64,000 bases of DNA from Thaumarchaeota archaeon UBA223 (GTDB lineage: Archaea; Thermoproteota; Nitrososphaeria; Nitrososphaerales; UBA57): contig DAHJ01000035.1 of assembly GCA_002495905.1 (NCBI GenBank), forward strand, positions 37,478 through 101,477, in the 5' to 3' direction. Of the stretch, positions 28,118 to 35,956 are shown one piece after another. A program made the translations under genes and the position numbers. Position 1 is the first letter of the stretch; each line of letters begins with the position of its first letter. A model generated the notes under the pieces. That model made no database searches. It was given only the letters and a program-made list of their open reading frames with translations, and was not told the origin of the DNA.

Positions 28118-29554
28118 TCAATATGTAGATTTTGAAAAAGATTTTGGTTTGTTTTTATATTTTTTCATGACGGAATTTATATTTTTTTGAAGAATCATTG
28201 ATCTTTCAGGAGCTGTGCCGACATATTTAGAATAGTTAAAGAGATTTTTCAGATCAAGATCCAATTCAGACAAATATTTATTCTTAGAAATCAAGGTAAA
28301 CAAAGGATTGGGTTTACCTAGTTCGATATCATCCCAAGCTTCTAAAGAGATTTTTCGGAATTCTTCATGAAGGGTCTGGCGATTTTTACCTTTTTTAGAC
28401 AAATCCATCATTATAGGTTCAAGTAATGCAAAAGGCCCGTAAATATCCAAGTTCTTTTTTATATTTATTTCGGATATCTCCATGCCTGACAATATCTCAG
28501 AATATATCATAAGACATTCATCTAGAGCAAGAAAACTTTCTGGAAGAAATAGTCTACGGTTTGCAGAATCGTCCAGAGTTCTTTCCAATATACTATTAGA
28601 TGCATTAGAACTGGCAACATTCAAAAATGAAGAAACGTAACGTGTTAAAGACGAAATTCTTTCAGTCATAATAGGATTGCGTTTAAAAGGCATAGCACTA
28701 GAACCGACTTGAAGTTTTTTTCTTGGTTCTTTGAATTCACCAAAAGGAGGAGATTGTAAGATTCTAAAGTCGAGAGAGAATTTATGCATACTTTGAGCTA
28801 AGGACGACAAGGCAGAAAGAATTAAGAAATCAACTTTGCGAGGATATGTTTGAGAAGAAACTACAAATGCTTTAACGTCGAGATTTTTCATAACGTCATT
28901 TTCAAAATTCCTAGTATTTTTACCTAATAAACGCTTATAGCTAGCTGATGTACCCACAGCTCCTTTAATTCCCTTACCGAGAACGACATTATCCAGAATA
29001 AACTCAATATTTTTAATATCGAGTAACAAATCTTGAGCGTAAAGTGAAAATCGATAACCCAAAGTAGTAGGTTCGGCAGCCTGGATGTGAGTCCAACCCA
29101 TACAAACGGTTTTATTATGAGTTTTTATTTTTTTAGAAAGTGAATCTAAACAAGCAACGATTTTTTCTAAAATAATGATTAGAGCTTCACGAATTACAAG
29201 AATATCAGCGTTATCGACAATATCCATAGAAGTAGCTCCAAGATGAATTTTGCCACCACCAACTTTAGCTTGATCAGCAAAAGTTTTGATTTCAGACATT
29301 AAATCATGTCTTATTTTTTTTTCAGTTTCAAGTGAACGTTTAATATCAACGTGCTTTTCAGAAGAATATTTCTTAATGTCGTTTAATTCAGCCTTAGTTA
29401 TTAAACCATGTTTGTATTGAGAAGAAGCAATTTCATACCAGATTTTTCTCCATTTTGTACGTCTAGTTTTTTCAGAGAATATAGAACGCATTTCGTCACT
29501 GCCATAACGCCATGAGAAAGGTGATTTATAATTATCAAATTCAGAACCAGTCAA
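28118..29554 (-). CDS. purB: Adenylosuccinate lyase
   Basis: It has the lyase-1 signature GSSAMPFKRNP and the typical N-terminal SPFSWRYGS. 478 aa. Confidence 0.9.
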   Translation of the reverse strand: MTGSEFDNYKSPFSWRYGSDEMRSIFSEKTRRTKWRKIWYEIASSQYKHGLITKAELNDIKKYSSEKHVDIKRSLETEKKIRHDLMSEIKTFADQAKVGGGKIHLGATSMDIVDNADILVIREALIIILEKIVACLDSLSKKIKTHNKTVCMGWTHIQAAEPTTLGYRFSLYAQDLLLDIKNIEFILDNVVLGKGIKGAVGTSASYKRLLGKNTRNFENDVMKNLDVKAFVVSSQTYPRKVDFLILSALSSLAQSMHKFSLDFRILQSPPFGEFKEPRKKLQVGSSAMPFKRNPIMTERISSLTRYVSSFLNVASSNASNSILERTLDDSANRRLFLPESFLALDECLMIYSEILSGMEISEINIKKNLDIYGPFALLEPIMMDLSKKGKNRQTLHEEFRKISLEAWDDIELGKPNPLFTLISKNKYLSELDLDLKNLFNYSKYVGTAPERSMILQKNINSVMKKYKNKPKSFSKSTY

Positions 29555-29566
29555 ACCATACTCACA

Positions 29567-30991
29567 TCATTTATTGTCCTTATTGATTATAAATCGTGGG
29601 TCGGTAGGTTGAGTTAAGGAATTAACATTAAGAATTTTTTTTAACTGATCTTCAGTAAGAATTTCTTCTTTTAATATTATATCCAATATATTCATATCAG
29701 AGATTGTAGATTTTTTAGCAATTTTTGAAGCATTAGAATATCCAATATATTTATTCAATATTGTAGCAAGACCAATACTTTCTTCAGCGTATTTACGACA
29801 AATGAGTTCATTAGCAGTAATTCCATCAATACATAATTTTCTCATTTGTTTGATTGAATTAGTAAGAATATTGATAGAAAACAATACGTTATAGGAAATC
29901 ATAGGCATCATAACATTGAGTTCAAGTTGCCCTGCCTGAGTTGCATAGGCAACGCCAGAATCAGAACCAATAACATGAAAACAAACCATATTCACCATCT
30001 CAAGAATGGAAGGATTAACTTTTCCAGGCATAATAGATGAGCCTGGAGCAATAGCTGGAAGATTAATTTCAGACAGTCCAGTTCGTGGACCTGATGATAG
30101 CAATCTCAAGTCATTAGAAATGCGAGTAAGTTCAAGTGATAAATTTCTAAAACTAGAAGACAAAGAAGAAATGTCTTTTTGACTTTGCATAGATTCTCGC
30201 AAATCGTTAGATTGTTTCAGTGAAAGTTTTGTTTCTAGAGAAAGTTCACGAACCATTAATTTAGAATAATTTGGATGAGTATTAATGCCAGTTCCTGCAG
30301 CGCTGCCACCAATTCCTAAGTAGAAGAGTTGTTTTTTACAATGTTGTATATCTTGAAGACATTTATTAATTGTAATTGAATAGGCTTTGAATTCTTGTCC
30401 AAGAGTTATTGGAACTGCATCTTGTAAATGTGTACGAGCAGACTTTAGTATTTTATTAAATTGTTTTGATTTGGATTGAAATGAAGAAGACAATAATTTT
30501 AACTCCTGTTCAAGTTGTGGAATAGAAGTTAGAATAGACAAACGTATTGCAGTAGGAAAAGTATCATTAGTAGATTGAGACATATTTACATGATCATTAG
30601 GATGAATTGGATTATAACTGCCAAGTTTACGACGAAGTAATTGATTTGAACGATTAGCTATAACTTCATTGCAATTCATATTAAAAGACGTACCAGCTCC
30701 CATTTGGAAAACATCAACTACAAATTGATCCCTGAATTTACCAGAAAGAATCTCATCTGAAGTTTTAATTATAGCAGAAGATAGTTTTTTATCGAGTAAT
30801 TTGAGTTTTGTATTAGTTTTTGCTGCGGATTTTTTAATTATAATAAAAGAATCTAAGAATTCAGGAGCGTGCATAACACCGCTAATTGGAAAGTTCTCAA
30901 TTGCACGTTGTGTTTGAATGCCATAATAAGCAGAACTTGGTACTTTCTTTTTGCCTAGAGAATCAGATTCAGTCCTATATGCCGTAACCAC
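29567..30991 (-). CDS. Class II fumarate hydratase / aspartate ammonia-lyase family enzyme
   Basis: It has the GSSIMPGKVNPSILE signature, SQSTNDTFPTA and YYGIQTQRAIENF. Confidence 0.85.
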   Translation of the reverse strand: MVTAYRTESDSLGKKKVPSSAYYGIQTQRAIENFPISGVMHAPEFLDSFIIIKKSAAKTNTKLKLLDKKLSSAIIKTSDEILSGKFRDQFVVDVFQMGAGTSFNMNCNEVIANRSNQLLRRKLGSYNPIHPNDHVNMSQSTNDTFPTAIRLSILTSIPQLEQELKLLSSSFQSKSKQFNKILKSARTHLQDAVPITLGQEFKAYSITINKCLQDIQHCKKQLFYLGIGGSAAGTGINTHPNYSKLMVRELSLETKLSLKQSNDLRESMQSQKDISSLSSSFRNLSLELTRISNDLRLLSSGPRTGLSEINLPAIAPGSSIMPGKVNPSILEMVNMVCFHVIGSDSGVAYATQAGQLELNVMMPMISYNVLFSINILTNSIKQMRKLCIDGITANELICRKYAEESIGLATILNKYIGYSNASKIAKKSTISDMNILDIILKEEILTEDQLKKILNVNSLTQPTDPRFIINKDNK

Positions 30992-31034
30992 ATGTAATTA
31001 TGAAAGATAAACATATTTTACTTTTAGGATGATT

Positions 31035-31424
31035 TCAATATCCTGTGGCTTCTCTTTGCCTATTAATTTGATTTTTCCTTTCATATTCAGCCAATATATC
31101 TTCAGGAGTTAATCCTAATTCAAGGGAAGCTTGAACTATGAAATGCCATATATCAATTAGTTCTTCTTTTGCAAGTTCTAGATCAAGAGGAGAAGGTTTT
31201 TTCCACCATTTCCATGATGTGAGTCGTTGTAATTCAATAGTTTCGTGAATTATAGCAGTACACAAGACAGAAATTCGTTCGTCTTGTTTATTAGGATAAC
31301 GATCCAATTTTAGAAGAGAAGTATAATCAGTTTGTAACTGAAATATCTTCTTCAATATATCGTCAGATTTTGGATTAGTATTAGCAGACATATTATTATT
31401 AAACAAAACATAATTTAATATCAA
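31035..31424 (-). CDS. MazG-like / dimeric dUTPase-family nucleotide pyrophosphohydrolase
   Basis: 129 aa, all-alpha. HETIELQR...KEELIDIWHFIVQASLELG resembles the EExxE/D metal motifs of the MazG/dUTPase_2 fold. Confidence 0.5.
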   Translation of the reverse strand: MILNYVLFNNNMSANTNPKSDDILKKIFQLQTDYTSLLKLDRYPNKQDERISVLCTAIIHETIELQRLTSWKWWKKPSPLDLELAKEELIDIWHFIVQASLELGLTPEDILAEYERKNQINRQREATGY

Positions 31425-31440
31425 TTACGCTATTAATTTA

Positions 31441-31632
31441 ATGAATATTGAGAATATTATCAATAATATATGGATAAAGGTAATATTATTTCTGTTTACA
31501 ATGATTTTCTTTTTGGTTTGTGGATTAATATTACTGAATTTCTATTTCAATACAACAAGTCCTGTATTTTTCTTATTAGAAATTCCACTGTTATTGTTAA
31601 TGCTAAATGTACTGAGAAAGATTGCCACATAA
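31441..31632 (+). CDS. Possible small two-TM membrane protein
   Basis: 63-aa ORF in an otherwise empty 197-nt gap, with two hydrophobic stretches. There is no other support. Confidence 0.3.
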   Translation: MNIENIINNIWIKVILFLFTMIFFLVCGLILLNFYFNTTSPVFFLLEIPLLLLMLNVLRKIAT

Positions 31633-32668
31633 TAAATTACAAACAATATTTAGAGGAATTAAATCAACTACATTAGCAGATGTTTTTATTGACAGAATAG
31701 TTAAAGTAGAAAATCTAGATGAATTAGTCAAACAAACAAAAAATAAAGCATCAGTAGGAGGAGGAAGTATTAGAGGAATTGAACAAAGAGAGATAATAGG
31801 TGGAAATGCAACGAATATTGCATATAGTCTTGTTAAATTTGGAAGTGAAACAGAATTATTTGTAATAGGAGATGAATTTGCAAAAAGAACTTTAGAATTA
31901 AGATTTAAAGAATTCAACAATATAAAAATTCATGTAATAGATGGTAAACCTGGATTTACAATAGCATTAGAAACGGATTTGGGAAATGAATCAAATATAA
32001 TGATAAGCGACGTAGGAGACATAGAGAGATTTGACGGAAAATCAATATTAAATGAATATAGAGGAACAATAGAACAGTCAGATATCATAGTAATATCAAA
32101 TTGGGCGTCAAATATTAACGGAAATCAATTAGTAGATAATATTTTTAGAAATTCTAAGAATAGTATCAAATTATTAGATTTTGCAGATTTAGCTTCTGCT
32201 ACAAACAGATTAAACGAATTAATCGAGAACATAAAAGAGAACAACGTCATAGATGTTTTAAGTTTAAATGAGAATGAATGTCAAATTTTAGAGAAGTTTT
32301 TGTGTTTAAAAAATATGAAATCACAATATACAAAGAAAGATATTCAATCAAGTGCATTACAAATATCATCTATTTTAGAGACAAGAATAGATATTCATAC
32401 ACCGCTAGGGTCATGTTCTTCATTAGATGGTGATGTAGAATTCGTTGAATCGTTTTCTGTAAAACCAAAAATATTAACAGGTGCAGGAGATGTTTGGAAT
32501 GCTGTAAATATATTGTCAATAAAAAAAGGACTATCAACATATAACAGATTAAATTTAGCTAATGCATCAGCAGGAAGTTACATATCAGAATTTCATAATG
32601 GAGATTTTTCTTTAGATAAAACTGAACAATTATTAGAATCAAGGAATATTTTTGTCAAAGATTTATAG
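31622..32668 (+). CDS. PfkB/ribokinase-family carbohydrate kinase
   Basis: It has the C-terminal TGAGDVWNA motif (PfkB signature 2), a GGNATN segment and a TTG start. Confidence 0.65.
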   Translation: MPHNKLQTIFRGIKSTTLADVFIDRIVKVENLDELVKQTKNKASVGGGSIRGIEQREIIGGNATNIAYSLVKFGSETELFVIGDEFAKRTLELRFKEFNNIKIHVIDGKPGFTIALETDLGNESNIMISDVGDIERFDGKSILNEYRGTIEQSDIIVISNWASNINGNQLVDNIFRNSKNSIKLLDFADLASATNRLNELIENIKENNVIDVLSLNENECQILEKFLCLKNMKSQYTKKDIQSSALQISSILETRIDIHTPLGSCSSLDGDVEFVESFSVKPKILTGAGDVWNAVNILSIKKGLSTYNRLNLANASAGSYISEFHNGDFSLDKTEQLLESRNIFVKDL

Positions 32669-33265
32669 AATAGATTGAAGTAATTCTAAATCAACACTTC
32701 CTGATCTAAGGACTATAATTTCTTCATTCTCTACTTTTACAATAGTAGATTCTTTGGAATCATCTTCGATATCATTGATTAAAATAGCGTCAATATCTGG
32801 AAGTTGTGATATTACAGATGAAGCAGAATGATTTGAACCAGAACCAGAAAGATTTGCACTAGTGCCAACGAGATAACCGCCACATTCAGAGATTAAGAAT
32901 AAAGAATCACGATGATTAGGAACACGTAATCCTATGAGTTCAGAACCAAGTGTAAGAGATTTTAGAGAATTATCTTTAACAGGTAAAAGGATTGTCAGTG
33001 GGCCGGGCCAGAATTCTTCAGCAAGTTTTAGAGATAATTTATCAAATAATGCAATTTTGAGAGCAGATTCAAGTGAATCGCAAAGTAAAGGCAAGGGTTT
33101 ATTCTCACGTATCTTTAATTTGAATATTTTCTCTACGGAATCAATCATATATGGATGACAACCCAATCCATAAACAGTATCAGTAGGATAAGCCACTATT
33201 CCACCTTTGTGTACGATTTTAGCAAGTCTATGAATATCAGGCGTAGAATTTGTAAATTGTTGCAT
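32663..33265 (-). CDS. tsaC: L-threonylcarbamoyladenylate synthase, YrdC/TsaC-type (single domain)
   Basis: It contains GGIVAYPTDTVYGLGC, GPLTILL and VGTSANLSGS. Confidence 0.85.
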   Translation of the reverse strand: MQQFTNSTPDIHRLAKIVHKGGIVAYPTDTVYGLGCHPYMIDSVEKIFKLKIRENKPLPLLCDSLESALKIALFDKLSLKLAEEFWPGPLTILLPVKDNSLKSLTLGSELIGLRVPNHRDSLFLISECGGYLVGTSANLSGSGSNHSASSVISQLPDIDAILINDIEDDSKESTIVKVENEEIIVLRSGSVDLELLQSIL

Positions 33266-33315
33266 ATTATTTATAAGTCACATTCATTCCTAATAATCCT
33301 GCGGACTGAACATAT

Positions 33316-34137
33316 GTGGTCAAAGCGTCGAAAAAAAATTCTAAGAATAAGTCATCTTCAGATATAAGAGAAAACACTAGACTTTTTCTCAACAAATCCC
33401 CAATAATAATGGGAATAAGAATATATGTATTCATAATAGGTATAATGCTAAGTGGAATGTTTTCAAGGACATTTTTCGCTCAAATAGTATTGTTTTTAGG
33501 AATTAATGAAGTAAAGGAAACATACAATCCACAAGCAGTAAAAATAAATACAAAACAGGCAATTCTAGCTGCTAGAATAATTGCACTGATTACATTATTA
33601 ACGATTATGTATACTGTGATTTCTTTTTCGGGTACAAGTAATTTTAACATACTGATTCCGGGTTTATTAATTGGTTTTGGAATATGTCAACAAATGGAGG
33701 GAGCTGCATTAGATGTAATAACAGAACATATGAGAAATTCTATGGGTGCATGGACTACAATATTACATGTATTTGCAAAGAAAAAGAGAGGAGAATACTG
33801 GAAAGAGTTCATTGAAGAAACTGAACTTCTTTGGGCACATCCTCAAATAAGACCAATGTCAGGATCTGAAGAAGCATTAGAAAAAATTGAAGGAAAGATT
33901 TCAGAGGATCGATTAGTGAAGTATATGAACAAAGGTAGAGAAGAAATGAATTATTATACGGGGATTGAAGATAGTTCTGAAAGTAAAACAAAATTCTTCG
34001 ACCATGCATTAGAATGGTTACATAATACACGAGACAAACATGATGATTTGAATGAAGTGCAACAAAGATTAGGAACATGGAGTTATGCTGTATATTTAGG
34101 AGTAGGAACGATAATTTGGCTCCTACAGCCATTTTAA
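33316..34137 (+). CDS. Hypothetical membrane protein
   Basis: 273 aa with about 4 N-terminal TM helices, a charged soluble region and one C-terminal TM helix. Confidence 0.5.
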   Translation: MVKASKKNSKNKSSSDIRENTRLFLNKSPIIMGIRIYVFIIGIMLSGMFSRTFFAQIVLFLGINEVKETYNPQAVKINTKQAILAARIIALITLLTIMYTVISFSGTSNFNILIPGLLIGFGICQQMEGAALDVITEHMRNSMGAWTTILHVFAKKKRGEYWKEFIEETELLWAHPQIRPMSGSEEALEKIEGKISEDRLVKYMNKGREEMNYYTGIEDSSESKTKFFDHALEWLHNTRDKHDDLNEVQQRLGTWSYAVYLGVGTIIWLLQPF

Positions 34138-34217
34138 TCTCATATCAATTCTTTATACACAATAATCAAATCATATAGACTACATACATTATCGAGTAAT
34201 TTTTTGAGTAATTTATA

Positions 34218-35114
34218 ATGTTAAACAGTCTATCAAAGGACAAACCTAGAGAAATATTGAATATAGAATATAAAGGGAATTCAGAAATAGGTAAGAGAGA
34301 AGGAACTTATCACGATTATAATAGATTAAATAATTTAACTAGTAAAGAATGGATAAAATTCCAGAAAAGTTGGTTTATAATCAATCCAAAATCCAGAAAG
34401 AAGGATGTAATGATGCATCCAGCAAAGTTTCCCGAGGAATTAATTGAAAATTTCATTAGGTTCTTTACAAAAGAAGGTCAAACAGTATTTGATCCAATGG
34501 TAGGTACTGGAAGTACATTACTTGCAGCAATGAACACAAATAGAAATGCAATAGGAATTGAATTATCCAAAAAATATGCAAATGTAGCCGCTCAAAGAGT
34601 AAATGATGAAAGTGAAATGATGAACAATTCAGGAGATAAAAACAATATCAAGTTATACAATGGAGATGCACGAATGTTGGACAGAATAATAAGTTCTAAT
34701 ATTGATTATTGTATAACTTCGCCTCCATATTGGGACATGTTAAGAGAGAAAGGATTTGAAACACAAAAAACCCGAGAGAAAATGAATTACGATACACATT
34801 ATTCAGAAGATGGACGTGATGTAGGAAATATAGAAGATTACATGAGATTTTTAGATGAATTAAAAGAAATATATTTGAAAGTTCACAGTGTAATGAAAAT
34901 AGGAGGATATCTAACAGTGATTGTTAAAAACATAAAGAAAGGAGGGAAGATATATCCACTAGCTTGGGATCTAACTAAAAAACTTGATTTCTTTACATTG
35001 AAAGATGAAAAGATATGGTGTCAAGACAATGTGAAATTAGCCCCATATGGATATGGATATTCCTGGGTAAGCAATACAGTTCATCATTATTGTTTAATTT
35101 TTAAGAAAGAGTAA
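34218..35114 (+). CDS. N4/N6 DNA methyltransferase (SPPY type) with motif I preceding motif IV
   Basis: HPAKFPEELIENFIRFFTKEGQTVFDPMVGTGSTLLAA (motif X/I) lies upstream of DYCITSPPYWD (motif IV). Confidence 0.75.
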   Translation: MLNSLSKDKPREILNIEYKGNSEIGKREGTYHDYNRLNNLTSKEWIKFQKSWFIINPKSRKKDVMMHPAKFPEELIENFIRFFTKEGQTVFDPMVGTGSTLLAAMNTNRNAIGIELSKKYANVAAQRVNDESEMMNNSGDKNNIKLYNGDARMLDRIISSNIDYCITSPPYWDMLREKGFETQKTREKMNYDTHYSEDGRDVGNIEDYMRFLDELKEIYLKVHSVMKIGGYLTVIVKNIKKGGKIYPLAWDLTKKLDFFTLKDEKIWCQDNVKLAPYGYGYSWVSNTVHHYCLIFKKE

Positions 35115-35137
35115 TATCATTAAATATAGAATATTTT

Positions 35138-35224
35138 GCCCCAGTAGCTCAGGTCGGCCAGAGCGACTAATAAATGTCGAACCTCGTAAGTAGTAGGTCC
35201 TGGGTTCAAATCCCAGCTGGGGCT
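35138..35224 (+). tRNA. tRNA-Thr (anticodon CGU) with a 12-nt intron in the 5' strand of the anticodon stem
   Basis: I folded it manually. It has a 7-bp acceptor stem (GCCCCAG/CTGGGGC), a D arm (GCTC/GAGC) and a T arm (CTGGG-TTCAAAT-CCCAG). The anticodon arm ACTAC-CTCGTAA-GTAGT forms only after removing 35170-35181. Confidence 0.85.
35170..35181 (+). other. Putative non-canonical tRNA intron (position 30/31)
   Basis: ATAAATGTCGAA interrupts the anticodon stem. Intron GTCG can pair with exon CGAC, which places both junctions after the second nucleotide of 3-nt bulges (TA|A and AA|C). Confidence 0.6.
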
Positions 35225-35257
35225 TGATTTATAAGATGATAAATTATAAATTTACAT

Positions 35258-35956
35258 GTGGAAATATTTAGTTTTGCGGTTTTGGCTTTTTTAATGGGAA
35301 TCAAACATGCTTTCGATACAGATCATGTTATAGTAGTTTCAAATTTTTTATCTAGATCAAAGAGATTAAATGAATCTCTAAATATTAGCCTGAGTTGGGG
35401 AGTTGGACACATGTTAACTGCAGGAATTATTACAGTTATTATATTTTACAATATGAATTCATTTCCAGTAATAATGTTACTAGAGAATTTTGAGATAATA
35501 ATAGCAACCATCATGATAATAATGGGAATAGTTAGTATGACAATAGGAATTCCTATACAACATAAACATGAACATAATCACAATGGAATTAAACATGAAC
35601 ATACTCACACACATCGAATAGGAGGATTTATGAATAAAGATTTGAAATCTCATCATGCGTCATTTGGAGTTGGAATATTACACGGACTGGCGAGTAACGA
35701 TGAGTTATTTATTGTATTGGTTTTAGGATTGGGAATTGGCTCAATCACCGTGTTATTAGGAGCTTTATTTTTATTTTCAACAGGAGTGGTTTTAGGAATG
35801 ATCGTATTCAGTGTACTAGTGTTAAGAGTTTCAGATAGTATATCAAATAATTTTAAATGGATGCTGAATTATACATTTGCAATATCGGCAATCATATATG
35901 GATTATATTTACTTTATGCAAATACAAATTTGGAAATAATCAAGTATTTACTCTAA
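35258..35956 (+). CDS. NiCoT-like nickel/cobalt transporter with a His-rich loop
   Basis: It has GIKHAFDTDHVIV (the HAxDxDH signature of HoxN/NixA-type permeases), the loop HKHEHNHNGIKHEHTHTH, about 6 TM helices and a GTG start. Confidence 0.6.
   Translation: MEIFSFAVLAFLMGIKHAFDTDHVIVVSNFLSRSKRLNESLNISLSWGVGHMLTAGIITVIIFYNMNSFPVIMLLENFEIIIATIMIIMGIVSMTIGIPIQHKHEHNHNGIKHEHTHTHRIGGFMNKDLKSHHASFGVGILHGLASNDELFIVLVLGLGIGSITVLLGALFLFSTGVVLGMIVFSVLVLRVSDSISNNFKWMLNYTFAISAIIYGLYLLYANTNLEIIKYLL

Noticed and set aside
33316-35224. Possible integrated element at tRNA-Thr (unknown membrane protein plus DNA methylase directly upstream of the tRNA).
   Set aside because: There is no integrase or recombinase and no phage or plasmid genes. 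I could not find a direct repeat of the tRNA 3' half anywhere in the flanks, so there is no evidence for an att site.
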